Below are positions 35,272-44,768 of a DNA stretch of 64,000 bases, in pieces. Origin of the DNA: Hylemonella sp. Lineage in GTDB: Bacteria; Pseudomonadota; Gammaproteobacteria; Burkholderiales; Burkholderiaceae_C. The stretch covers positions 83,342 to 147,341 of the forward strand of contig JBEIGE010000002.1 of assembly GCA_040382055.1 (NCBI GenBank), read 5' to 3'. Within the stretch, counting starts at the first letter, position 1. Every line of letters starts with the position of its first letter. A program made the translations under genes and the position numbers. The notes beneath the pieces are model-generated. The model had not been told where the DNA came from. It saw only the letters and a list, made by a program, of their open reading frames with translations, and ran no database searches.

Positions 35272-36237
35272 TCAACGGGTTTCTTGCTCAAGCAACAAAT
35301 AGGTGTTGTAGGCGTTCATGCGGTTAGCGGCACGAAATAAAGGCATGTGTTCAAAGGCGCTCCAGTCGGTCGCGGCATAGGCTTCATCAAAGGGTTCCAG
35401 ATTTCTGGCTGCGCGTGCCATGGAGGAGCGCAAGTACACCAGGTAGTTGCGGGTCAGTTCCATGTCCTTGCGGGCTTCCCGCGATACGGGGCCGTGGCCA
35501 GGAACAACCACGGTGGCATCGAGCTTCAGTAAATCGTCCAGTGCCTCAATCCAGTGCTTGCTGTTGGCCTGGCCGACAAACGGAATTCGACCGCGAAACA
35601 TCAAATCTCCGGCAAAAAGCAGCTTTTCACCAGGCACATAAACCACCAGATCTTCGGCCGTATGGGCCGGGCCAACGTGACGGATCACGAACTCTGTACC
35701 ACCCACGTTCAAATAGGTATCAGTGTCGAGCCATTGATCAGCGGGCACCAGACGCGTATCCGCGTTGATCCAGGGGGCGAGGTCGGTGCGGGATACCTCC
35801 AGCCTTTGCCGGGCGGTTTCGGAATTGAGGTAATCAAGTCCAGCACGGTGCGCAATGATTTTTACTCCGGCTTCGCGGAAGGTCTGAAGACCATATATGT
35901 GGTCGGCATGGTAGTGCGTCACGATGACATGGGTCACCGGCAGCGGGGTGATTTCACGAATTTGCGCCATTAAGCGGCGGGCCAATGCCGGTGAGCCCAA
36001 TGCATCGACCACCACCACGCCGGCAGGGGTAAGCACAAACCCTGCGTTTGAAATGAAATTCTGATTTGTCGAGGATCCCAAAGCGGAGACACCCTGCACA
36101 AACCAGGCAGATGGGGACACTTTTTGAGCCTTCATGGCCGGAAGCGACTGCCCATGCGTGGACAAAGCTACTCCCATCCCAAGGGTCACGATCAGGCGAA
36201 AGACAAAACGACAGGTTGGAGAGAAATCAATGCGCAT
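35272..36237 (-). CDS. Exported MBL-fold metallohydrolase (SoxH-like)
   Basis: Signal peptide and the canonical VTHYHADHIYG motif. Start moved to ATG 36237. Divergent from the fccAB-like genes. Confidence 0.6.
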   Translation of the reverse strand: MRIDFSPTCRFVFRLIVTLGMGVALSTHGQSLPAMKAQKVSPSAWFVQGVSALGSSTNQNFISNAGFVLTPAGVVVVDALGSPALARRLMAQIREITPLPVTHVIVTHYHADHIYGLQTFREAGVKIIAHRAGLDYLNSETARQRLEVSRTDLAPWINADTRLVPADQWLDTDTYLNVGGTEFVIRHVGPAHTAEDLVVYVPGEKLLFAGDLMFRGRIPFVGQANSKHWIEALDDLLKLDATVVVPGHGPVSREARKDMELTRNYLVYLRSSMARAARNLEPFDEAYAATDWSAFEHMPLFRAANRMNAYNTYLLLEQETR

Positions 36238-36404
36238 GGGGAAGGATCTGGATTGAATACAAGGTATTGGTAAATTATGGGCTGGCACGATTGATCTGAC
36301 AAACGTCCTCAACGCGACCACTAGGGTAAATACCCGCAACAGAATTGTCGGCAATCTTAAAATGGTCTTTTTTTAATTACGCAATCTCTTGAAGGAGACA
36401 AACA

Positions 36405-36722
36405 ATGCGACTTTCCTTTCAACTTGCAACAGTTCTGCTGAGCGGGCTGGTTGCCAATGCAGCCTTTGCTCAGGATGCAAACAGCCTGCACCAACGCGCA
36501 CTGGCGGCCAACTGTTCCAACTGTCATGGCACTGAAGGCCGTGCGGTTGAAGGTTCAGCAGTTCCGGGGCTCGCCGGTCAGCCACGCGACTACATCATCA
36601 CCCAAATGAAATCTTTCAAGGACGGAACCCGCCAGGCTACTGTGATGCATCAACTCGCGAAAGGTTTTACCGACCAGCAAATCGAATCGATTGCCAGCTA
36701 TTTCGCAGCCACCAAACGATAA
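36405..36722 (+). CDS. fccA: Monoheme cytochrome c (flavocytochrome c sulfide dehydrogenase cytochrome subunit-like)
   Basis: Signal peptide, a single CSNCH heme site, distal Met (ATVMH). Strong RBS GAAGGAGA. Lies directly upstream of the flavoprotein gene. Confidence 0.7.
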   Translation: MRLSFQLATVLLSGLVANAAFAQDANSLHQRALAANCSNCHGTEGRAVEGSAVPGLAGQPRDYIITQMKSFKDGTRQATVMHQLAKGFTDQQIESIASYFAATKR

Positions 36723-36732
36723 GGGATTGATC

Positions 36733-38013
36733 ATGATGAAAAGACGCAGTTTTGTTCAGGCCTCTCTGGCCTTTGGAACCTTCAGCGGGCTCGTGGGATG
36801 CGCCTCTACCGGCACCATTCCCGCCAAAGCCAAAGTCGTGGTGGTCGGTGGTGGTTATGGTGGCGCTACTGCCGCCAAATATGTCCGCATGATGTCCAAC
36901 TACAAAATGGACGTGGTGTTGGTCGAACCGAACAACAGTTTTGTCTCCTGCCCGATTTCCAACCTGGTGATTGGCGGCTCCAAGACCCTGGCCGACATCA
37001 CCACACCTTATGACAACCTCAGTGGCAAGCACGGCGTGACTGTGGTCAAGGACATGGTCAGCAGCATTGACGCCGTGAAGAAAACAGTTACCCTGGCAGG
37101 AGGCGCAAGCATTGCCTATGACAAGCTCATCTTGTCACCGGGGATCGATCTGATGTGGAGCAGTATCGAGGGGCTGCAAGCTGCCAATTCGGCCGGGCAA
37201 ATTCTGCAAGCCTGGAAAGCTGGCCCCGAGACGCTGGCGCTGCGCAAGCAGCTTGAGGCCATGCCCGATGGCGGGACATTTGCCATCACCATACCTCTGG
37301 CACCGTATCGCTGCCCACCCGGCCCCTACGAGCGGGCCAGTCAGGCCGCCAGCTACCTCAAGAAAGTAAAACCTCGCTCCAAGGTGCTGATACTGGACGC
37401 CAATCCGGACGTTACTTCCAAGGGGCCGCTGTTCAAGAAATTCTGGGCGGATAACTATGCCGGTATGTTGGAATACCGCGGCGGTCACAAGGCGGTTGCG
37501 GTAGATGCCCGCACCAACACCGTCAAATTTGATGTCCAGAATGATGTCAAAGCCGATGTTCTCAACGTGCTGCCGGATATGAGTGCAGGATCGATTGCCA
37601 TGAAATCCGGCTTGGCCAACGCCAATAACCGCTGGTGTAATGTCAATTACCAAACTTTCGAATCCACAGCGGCAAAAGATATTCACGTCATTGGCGACTC
37701 GGTACTGGCTGCACCGCTCATGCCCAAGTCCGGCCACATGGCCAACGCTCACGGCAAGGTGGTGGCAGCTGCCGTGGTGGCCCAGCTCGCAGGCATTGAA
37801 GTTAACCCCTTGCCCATGCTCACCAATACCTGCTACAGCTTTGTGAACGACAAACTCGTGGTCCACGTCGCCTCGGTTCACCAATACGTTGCAGCCGAGA
37901 AAACTTACCGTACGGTTGCAGGTTCTGGCGGGGTCTCCAGTGCGCCGTCTGAACTCGAAGGTGTTTACGCCTGGAATTGGGCGCAAAATATATGGGCAGA
38001 CTCCCTGCTGTAA
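36733..38013 (+). CDS. fccB: Sulfide dehydrogenase flavoprotein subunit (FCSD / SoxF-like)
   Basis: Tat signal MMKRRSFVQASLAF and FAD fold VVVVGGGYGGATAAKY. FCSD-like redox Cys motif SCPISN plus YRCPPGPYER. Start moved to ATG 36733. Confidence 0.85.
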   Translation: MMKRRSFVQASLAFGTFSGLVGCASTGTIPAKAKVVVVGGGYGGATAAKYVRMMSNYKMDVVLVEPNNSFVSCPISNLVIGGSKTLADITTPYDNLSGKHGVTVVKDMVSSIDAVKKTVTLAGGASIAYDKLILSPGIDLMWSSIEGLQAANSAGQILQAWKAGPETLALRKQLEAMPDGGTFAITIPLAPYRCPPGPYERASQAASYLKKVKPRSKVLILDANPDVTSKGPLFKKFWADNYAGMLEYRGGHKAVAVDARTNTVKFDVQNDVKADVLNVLPDMSAGSIAMKSGLANANNRWCNVNYQTFESTAAKDIHVIGDSVLAAPLMPKSGHMANAHGKVVAAAVVAQLAGIEVNPLPMLTNTCYSFVNDKLVVHVASVHQYVAAEKTYRTVAGSGGVSSAPSELEGVYAWNWAQNIWADSLL

Positions 38014-38027
38014 CGACAAGCGAATCA

Positions 38028-38468
38028 ATGACACAAAAAATAAACACCTTGCTCGGTAGCCTTTTTCTTGCCGCGGCTCTGGTCGGGTGTGCAAGCGATC
38101 CGTTGTCCTCACCAAACGTCAAGGCGGTCTACCACGTCAACACCGATGTCAACACAGTGCCGGCCATCCTGAACAACATACGTAACCATATCAGTGCAGA
38201 CCCGAAAGCAAAGATTGTGGTTGTCACGCACGGGCCCGGTATCAATTTTTTGCTGCAGGATGCAAAAGACAGCCAAGGCCGGGAGTTCAGTGGTTCGGTG
38301 GGGGAGTTGTCTGGCAAAGGTGTTGAGTTCCGGGTGTGCAACAACACCCTGACTACACGGCAGATCGCCCCTAGCCGCTTGCTGCTTGAAACCACGATCG
38401 TTGCCTCGGGTGTCTCTGAGGTGGCTCGCCTGCAAGCGCAGGAGGGGTTTGTTTACCTCAAACCTTAA
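38028..38468 (+). CDS. Exported DsrE/DsrF-like family lipoprotein (COG1416-type)
   Basis: Lipobox LVGCASD, then VYHVN...KIVVVTHGPGINFLL...VEFRVCNNTL, which is typical of the DsrE-like fold. Start moved to ATG 38028. Confidence 0.6.
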   Translation: MTQKINTLLGSLFLAAALVGCASDPLSSPNVKAVYHVNTDVNTVPAILNNIRNHISADPKAKIVVVTHGPGINFLLQDAKDSQGREFSGSVGELSGKGVEFRVCNNTLTTRQIAPSRLLLETTIVASGVSEVARLQAQEGFVYLKP

Positions 38469-38533
38469 ATACTTGTCATACTGGCCGTCTGATTCAACAG
38501 CTTCAGTCAGCCGGTTGGGGCTGCACAAGCAGC

Positions 38534-38878
38534 TTACTCAGCCGGGGTGACTGCTTCCATGGCAATTTGGGTGCACACTGTCCGGCAAAGTGTCGAGACC
38601 CGTTCATCAATGATGCGGTAATAGATCTGTACACCTTCGCGACGCTTGCCCAGCACACCGGCCTGATAAAGCGTAGTCAAATGCTGAGACATATTGGGCT
38701 GAGTCGTCTGAATCTGGCTCAGCAGGTAGCTCACATTTTTTTCACCCTCGCACAAACAACTGATAATTTTCAAGCGCATGGGTGCCGACATAACCCGAAA
38801 CACCTCGGCTGCCAATTCAAACACTTGGTCGGGCTCTGAAGTTTTGACGGGGTTGGCCGTCAGGGAGCGTTTGGCCAT
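38534..38878 (-). CDS. ArsR/SmtB-family transcriptional regulator
   Basis: HTH VFRVMSAPMRLKIISCLCEGEKNVSYLL...MSQHLTTLYQAGVL. Cys pairs at CLC and a C-terminal CRTVC. Start moved to ATG 38878. Confidence 0.8.
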   Translation of the reverse strand: MAKRSLTANPVKTSEPDQVFELAAEVFRVMSAPMRLKIISCLCEGEKNVSYLLSQIQTTQPNMSQHLTTLYQAGVLGKRREGVQIYYRIIDERVSTLCRTVCTQIAMEAVTPAE

Positions 38879-38928
38879 GGAGTTGCCTTTCAATCTTCAC
38901 ACCAGCAGTTGCTAAATTCTAGCCTGCG

Positions 38929-40545
38929 TCAATTGCCGGATCGTAAGGTTCGGTTGAGCAAAATCACAGGCAACAAACCTGCAAACACCAGCGCCAAGCA
39001 CGGCAATGCGGCCTCCCCCAGGCGTTCATCGCGGGCAAGCTGGTAGGCGACAACAGCCAATGTGTCACTGTTAAACGGCCGCAGGACCAGCGTGGCTGGC
39101 AACTCCTTCATGACATCGACAAACACCAGCAAAGCCGCAGCCGCTGTTGAACGTCTGAGCAAGGGGGCATGGACGCGTTGCATAAGCATCCATCCCCCCG
39201 CGCCCAGCATGCGAGCGGAATCGTCAAGGCTTTGAGGAACCCGTGAGTAACCGCTCTGGATGGACTGCAACGCCACCGCACAAAACCGGATCAGGTAAGC
39301 CCAAACCAGGCCCAGCGGTGTGGCAGTGAGGTAGTAACCCACACTGCTTTGAGGAAAAGCAGCCTGCAACCAACCCACGGGCAAAAGCAATCCAACCACG
39401 ATGACTGCCCCTGGAATGGCGTATCCCAAGCCTGCTATTTGAACCACGGTTCGCGTCAGCCAAGACCTGTTCACACGGAACTGATAAGCCAGCAATAACG
39501 CCAGTCCAACCGCCAGTGCTGCAGTGATGAGGCCCAACCGGATGCTGTTGTAAGCCCAGCCCATAAACCGGTCCCAGGGCAGGCTGGAACCATCAAGTAT
39601 GAGCGGTCGCAACATGAAAAGCACCGGGGCCATAAAACCCAAAAGCAATGGCAGGCTACAAACAGCCCAGGCCAGCCAGAGGTAGCGCCCACTCAGTTCA
39701 ACAGACTTCGCATCTTCTGCCCCGGAACCACGTTTGGCGGAAAAACGCATGCGCTTTTGGGCATGGTGATCCAGGCTCAGCAGGGCGATGACCAAAATCA
39801 GCAGCATCGTTGCCAACTGGGCGGCTGCACGCTGGTTGTCCATGGAGAGCCAGGCTTTGTAAATCCCCGTCGTGAACGTCTGGATACCAAAATAACTCGA
39901 GACCCCAAAATCAGCCAGGGTTTCCATCAACGCCAGCGCAACTCCAGCCGCTACGGCAGGTCTGGCCAAAGGCAGCGCCACTTCGCGTATGCGCCGGGAC
40001 AACGGAGCACCCAGAAGACGGGCAGCTTCCATCAAATGAGATGCACGCTCGCTCATGGCAGATCTGGCCAACAGATAGACATAGGGATAGAGTGTCAACG
40101 TGAAGACGCAGGCCGCACCCGCCAGGCTTCGGACCTCAGGAAATACACGCCCTTCGATGTTCAACAGTGCGCGAACCGTCGTCTGAAAAGGGCCGCCGAA
40201 TTGAAGAAAATCAGTGTAAGCATATGCCACCACATAAGCCGGCATGGCCAGCGGCAACAACAAGGCCCATTCAAAGAATTTTCGACCGGGAAAATCAAAC
40301 AATGTCACCACGGTGGCGCAGGACAGTCCGATACTGATCACACCCACACAGACCATCAGGCAGAGCCAGAAGGTGGTCCAGGCGTAATCAGGCAACACGG
40401 TCTGAACCATTTCAAGCAGAATCTGAACGCTGGCAAGACTGCCGGAACCCCAATCGATCCAGGATGTCAAAACTGCCAGTACAGGCAAGATAAACACCCC
40501 CAGCAGCGCCAGGAAAAGACAGTTAACGAGACGGCGCAAGACCAT
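38929..40545 (-). CDS. Two-domain ABC importer permease (FbpB/ThiP-type, iron(III)-like)
   Basis: About 12 TM segments as a duplicated BPD_transp_1 unit. Start moved to ATG 40545 (MVLRRLVNCLFLALLG). Confidence 0.8.
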   Translation of the reverse strand: MVLRRLVNCLFLALLGVFILPVLAVLTSWIDWGSGSLASVQILLEMVQTVLPDYAWTTFWLCLMVCVGVISIGLSCATVVTLFDFPGRKFFEWALLLPLAMPAYVVAYAYTDFLQFGGPFQTTVRALLNIEGRVFPEVRSLAGAACVFTLTLYPYVYLLARSAMSERASHLMEAARLLGAPLSRRIREVALPLARPAVAAGVALALMETLADFGVSSYFGIQTFTTGIYKAWLSMDNQRAAAQLATMLLILVIALLSLDHHAQKRMRFSAKRGSGAEDAKSVELSGRYLWLAWAVCSLPLLLGFMAPVLFMLRPLILDGSSLPWDRFMGWAYNSIRLGLITAALAVGLALLLAYQFRVNRSWLTRTVVQIAGLGYAIPGAVIVVGLLLPVGWLQAAFPQSSVGYYLTATPLGLVWAYLIRFCAVALQSIQSGYSRVPQSLDDSARMLGAGGWMLMQRVHAPLLRRSTAAAALLVFVDVMKELPATLVLRPFNSDTLAVVAYQLARDERLGEAALPCLALVFAGLLPVILLNRTLRSGN

Positions 40546-40609
40546 AAACAGGCGTTTGATAAAGAACAGGCAATGTAAATGAGAATTGTAATCATCTAGA
40601 ATAGGAGCC

Positions 40610-41758
40610 ATGTTCTTACAGGTCTCCAAGCTTCAGGTTCAGTACGCTGGGTCTGCTCTGCCTGCCGTATCGGACGTTTCATTCGATCTGCGTGCGGGTG
40701 ATATCGGGGTGCTGATCGGCCCCTCGGGCTGCGGCAAGACCACCTTGCTGCGCGCCGTGGCCGGCCTCGAACGGGTAACAGGCGGGGAGATCAAGCTTTC
40801 CAATCAGGTGGTCAGCAGCACCACGATGTTTCTGCCTCCGGAATCACGGCGCATGGGCATGGTGTTCCAGGACTATGCGCTTTTCCCGCACCTCAGTGTG
40901 AGCAACAACGTGGGGTTTGGTCTCCATCACCTGCCCAAATCAGAGCGCATGGGCCGAATCGCTGAAGTTCTGGCCCTGGTCGGTTTGCAAGACAGCGCAG
41001 CACGTTTTCCCCACGAGCTTTCGGGCGGACAGCAACAGCGGGTGGCACTGGCCCGGGCACTAGCGCCCAAGCCACAACTGTTGCTGCTTGATGAGCCTTT
41101 TTCAAATCTGGATGTGGACTTGCGTGAGCGACTGGCACATGAGGTCCGGGTCATCCTCAAAGCCGCCAACGCAACGGCCCTGTTTGTAACGCATGACCAA
41201 ATGGAAGCGTTTGCCATTGGTGACACCATCGGCGTGATGCATCAGGGCCGGCTGCAACAGTGGGGCGATGCCTATTCGCTCTATCACCGGCCGGCCACCC
41301 GCTTTGTGGCAGATTTCATTGGTCATGGCGTGTTTGCGCCAGCAACCATCCGCGAGGTCAACCAGCACTTCGTGGTGCAGACCCCGCTGGGAGATTTGAC
41401 TGACGTCGCCGAATGTCCCCTGCCTTGTCAATTCAATTCAGGTGAATGCGATGTGCTTTTGCGGGCAGACGATATCGTTCACGATGATGACGCCCCGGTC
41501 AAGGCTGAAATCATCCGAAAATCATTCCGGGGGTCGGAATTTCTCTACACCTTGCGACTTGCAAACGGTCAGCAGCTCATGGCCCATGTACCCAGTCACC
41601 ACGACCACACCTTGGGCGAATGGATCGGAATTCGCGCGCAGGTGGACCATGTGGTGACATTCAACCGGGCCTGCCCCGTGCGCGACGGGGAGTTGTGTCA
41701 ATTGCCCTGCAATCAAGGGCCAACACCAGGCTCTGTCGCGTTGTCAAACCCAGTCTGA
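40610..41758 (+). CDS. ABC importer ATP-binding protein (FbpC/PotA-type)
   Basis: Walker A GPSGCGKTT, signature LSGGQQQR, Walker B LLLDEPFS, and a C-terminal TOBE-like regulatory domain. Confidence 0.85.
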   Translation: MFLQVSKLQVQYAGSALPAVSDVSFDLRAGDIGVLIGPSGCGKTTLLRAVAGLERVTGGEIKLSNQVVSSTTMFLPPESRRMGMVFQDYALFPHLSVSNNVGFGLHHLPKSERMGRIAEVLALVGLQDSAARFPHELSGGQQQRVALARALAPKPQLLLLDEPFSNLDVDLRERLAHEVRVILKAANATALFVTHDQMEAFAIGDTIGVMHQGRLQQWGDAYSLYHRPATRFVADFIGHGVFAPATIREVNQHFVVQTPLGDLTDVAECPLPCQFNSGECDVLLRADDIVHDDDAPVKAEIIRKSFRGSEFLYTLRLANGQQLMAHVPSHHDHTLGEWIGIRAQVDHVVTFNRACPVRDGELCQLPCNQGPTPGSVALSNPV

Positions 41759-42489
41759 CGCAGCTGGCCTATCGATTCGCGCAGGTCAACCGCCCAGGTG
41801 CGGCGATCACGACCCTGTACCTGCTGAAGTTCGCCAAAAGTCACGCAAACGCACAAGTCTGAGGCCATGACCGTCCGCCACACAGAGCCCGCCAGCGTGT
41901 CATCACCCACATAACAGGGCTCCCGAGTCGGCTCCAAAGTCTTGCGGTTGACATAGCTCAGCGCCACAGGTTGCACGGGTGCATCGACTGTGATGGCTGA
42001 CTGCAGGAGGTTGCCATGAAAGGGCAGCAAGGCGCTGCCATCTCCCGTTGTGCCTTCCGGAAAGACTGCCAGCACATCGCCGGCTGAAAGTCGTTCTGTC
42101 ATTTGCTGGACCACGCGTCTTGCGTCACGCCGGGATTCGCGCTCGATAAACAAGGTCCCGATCCCGGAGGCCAGGGCTCCGACCACCGGCCAGGCTTTGA
42201 CATCAGACTTGGAAATAAAGCGGCAAAAGCGGGCCGCATGCATTGCCGTAATGTCCAGCCACGACATGTGGTTGGCGACCAGCAGCAGGGGCCCGGAATG
42301 GCTTGATATTCCTTTGACTATCATTTTGATAGCTAGGAAATCAAGCATGCGAAGGGACCAGACCTGAATTCTTATTTCCCTTTGTGCTTGCGGGAGCCGC
42401 GGAAAAATGAACACAATCGTGAGCAAACCCGCCACAATGTGTGTCAATGCGCGCAACAGGCGCCAGGCTGCGCGGCAACGGCGAAACAA
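41713..42489 (-). CDS. plsC: Lysophospholipid (1-acyl-sn-glycerol-3-phosphate) acyltransferase
   Basis: HX4D motif VANHMSWLD and a second motif, FPEGTT. Confidence 0.8.
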   Translation of the reverse strand: MFRRCRAAWRLLRALTHIVAGLLTIVFIFPRLPQAQREIRIQVWSLRMLDFLAIKMIVKGISSHSGPLLLVANHMSWLDITAMHAARFCRFISKSDVKAWPVVGALASGIGTLFIERESRRDARRVVQQMTERLSAGDVLAVFPEGTTGDGSALLPFHGNLLQSAITVDAPVQPVALSYVNRKTLEPTREPCYVGDDTLAGSVWRTVMASDLCVCVTFGELQQVQGRDRRTWAVDLRESIGQLRQTGFDNATEPGVGP

Positions 42490-42493
42490 ACCT

Positions 42494-43786
42494 TTAGCCC
42501 AGAAAGGCTAACTGCCCGCCGACCAAGGTGCAATGCACCTTGCCCGGCACCGAGTAGCCGCCAAAGGGCGTGTGCTTGCCCTGGCTTCGCAAATCATCGG
42601 GCTTGATCACCCATTCAAGGGCTGGATCAAAAACGCAGAGGTCGGCTTCACTACCCACATGCAAGCGGCCTAGGCTGTGCTCCAGAGAGCCCAAGGATGG
42701 TCCCAGAACACGCGCCGGTTCACTCGTGATAACCGCCAGAGAACGCATCAGGCCTACGCCGCTCTCCTGACCCCATTTGAGTGCCAGACTCAACAATAAC
42801 TCCACCCCACTTGCACCGGGCTCACTTTGCGCGAAGGGAAGCATCTTGGCATTTTCGTCAACTGGCGTGTGGTCGGATACCAGCGCATCAATCGTGCCAT
42901 CAGCCAGACCTTCTCGCAAGGCAGCACGGTCACGCTGCTGCCGCAAAGGGGGGGTTAATCGCATCCTGCTGTCGAAATACCCCGTGTCTGTGTCTGTGAG
43001 GTGAAGGGAGTTGATGCTGACGTCACAGCTGACACGCAATCCTTCGTCTTTGGCCTGGCGTACCAGCGCCACACCGGCGGCCGTACTCAGGCGACAGAGA
43101 TGAACACGCGCGCCGGTGGAACGCATCAACTCAAAAATCGTGTGCAGGGCAATTGTTTCAGCAGCGACGGACACGCCACTGAGTCCCATGCGGGTGGCCA
43201 GTGGTCCGCTGGCAGCTACGCCTTGCCCCAGATAAAAATCAAGCGGGCGTAGCCAGACCGGGAACCCAAAGGTGCTGGCGTACTGCATGGCACGTTGCAT
43301 GACCTGGGTATTAACCAAAGGAACATCCGCCTGGCTGAAGGCAACACAGCCGGCCTCAGACAGCTCCACCATTTCGGTGAGCACTTCGCCTTGTAAATTT
43401 CGCGTTAAAGCTCCCAGGGGAAATACGCGGGATTGGTGCAGTTTTTCGGCTCGAAACTTGAGCATCTCAACCAAGCCGGGTTCGTCGAGCACGGGCTCAG
43501 TATCTGGCGGACAAACCAGGCTGGAAACACCACCAGCTACGGCAGCAGCCATTTCAGACTCCAGCATGCCCTCGTGCTCATGACCTGGCTCGCGAAGTCG
43601 CACCGCCAGATCCAGCAATCCCGGCGCAACCACACAGCCCGCAGCAGAGATGACCTTGTTGGGCACAAAGTCAGCCGGCGTTTCGCCAATTGCAATGATT
43701 TTTCCCGCCGCAATGGCCACGTTGGCCATTTCATCGCGGTTGGAAGACGGGTCCATCACCCGTCCGCCCTTGATCAGTATTTTCAT
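42494..43786 (-). CDS. pyrC': Dihydroorotase-like protein lacking Zn ligands (non-catalytic PyrC', ATCase partner)
   Basis: Amidohydrolase fold, but the HxH motif reads PGLLDLAVRLREPG. Sits immediately downstream of pyrB, as in Pseudomonas. Confidence 0.8.
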   Translation of the reverse strand: MKILIKGGRVMDPSSNRDEMANVAIAAGKIIAIGETPADFVPNKVISAAGCVVAPGLLDLAVRLREPGHEHEGMLESEMAAAVAGGVSSLVCPPDTEPVLDEPGLVEMLKFRAEKLHQSRVFPLGALTRNLQGEVLTEMVELSEAGCVAFSQADVPLVNTQVMQRAMQYASTFGFPVWLRPLDFYLGQGVAASGPLATRMGLSGVSVAAETIALHTIFELMRSTGARVHLCRLSTAAGVALVRQAKDEGLRVSCDVSINSLHLTDTDTGYFDSRMRLTPPLRQQRDRAALREGLADGTIDALVSDHTPVDENAKMLPFAQSEPGASGVELLLSLALKWGQESGVGLMRSLAVITSEPARVLGPSLGSLEHSLGRLHVGSEADLCVFDPALEWVIKPDDLRSQGKHTPFGGYSVPGKVHCTLVGGQLAFLG

Positions 43787-43804
43787 ATTCGCTCCGTCCC
43801 CGAC

Positions 43805-44767
43805 TCAGGCTTCATTACCGGCCACAATGCTCATGACCGCCATACGCACCGCGATGCCAAACGTGACCTGAGGCAAGATCACACTTTGCTTGCCATCGAC
43901 CACCGCCGAGTCAATTTCAACACCCCTGTTGATCGGCCCCGGGTGCATCACGATGGCATCCGGCCGGGCCAGTTGCAACTTCTCGGGTGTCAGCCCAAAG
44001 CTCTTGAAAAACTCCTGGGAAGAAGGAAGTAGTGCACCGCTCATGCGTTCGTTTTGCAGGCGCAGCATGATGATGACGTCACAACCCCGAATACCTTCTT
44101 CCAAGGTATGACACACCCGCACGCCCATCTGCGCCATGTCGGCCGGTACCAGGGTCTTCGGACCCACCACGCGAACCTCTGCACATCCCAGAGTGGTCAG
44201 CGCATGGATGTCTGAGCGGGCCACCCGCGAATGCATCACATCGCCAACGATAGCCACCGTAAGGTTTGAAAAATCCTGTTTGAAATGCCGAATGGTGAAC
44301 ATATCAAGCAGCCCTTGTGTGGGGTGAGCATGCCGGCCGTCCCCGGCATTGACCACGTGCACATGCGGCGCCACATGCTGGGCAATCAGGTAAGGCGCAC
44401 CCGACTCGCTGTGACGGACAACAAAAAGATCGGCTGCCATGGCACTCAGATTGGCGATGGTGTCGAGCAGCGACTCCCCCTTGGCAGCACTGGAGCGGGC
44501 AATGTCCAGGTTGATGACATCCGCACTCAAGCGCTTGGCAGCAATCTCGAATGTGGTGCGTGTTCGTGTGGAGTTTTCGAAAAAAAGGTTGAAAACGCTT
44601 TTCCCGCGAAGCAGAGGAACTTTTTTGACCTCACGGTCGTTGACACTGACAAAGTTATTGGCAGTGTCAAGAATGTGCGTCAGGATACTTTTAGGCAAGC
44701 CTTCGGTAGACAAAAGATGGATCAGTTCACCGTTTTTGTTGAGTTGCGGATTTCTTTTGTACAGCAT
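43805..44767 (-). CDS. pyrB: Aspartate carbamoyltransferase catalytic subunit
   Basis: [13 protein letters not shown] and HPGP motifs. Start moved to ATG 44767. Confidence 0.93.
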   Translation of the reverse strand: MLYKRNPQLNKNGELIHLLSTEGLPKSILTHILDTANNFVSVNDREVKKVPLLRGKSVFNLFFENSTRTRTTFEIAAKRLSADVINLDIARSSAAKGESLLDTIANLSAMAADLFVVRHSESGAPYLIAQHVAPHVHVVNAGDGRHAHPTQGLLDMFTIRHFKQDFSNLTVAIVGDVMHSRVARSDIHALTTLGCAEVRVVGPKTLVPADMAQMGVRVCHTLEEGIRGCDVIIMLRLQNERMSGALLPSSQEFFKSFGLTPEKLQLARPDAIVMHPGPINRGVEIDSAVVDGKQSVILPQVTFGIAVRMAVMSIVAGNEA

Positions 44768-44768
44768 G

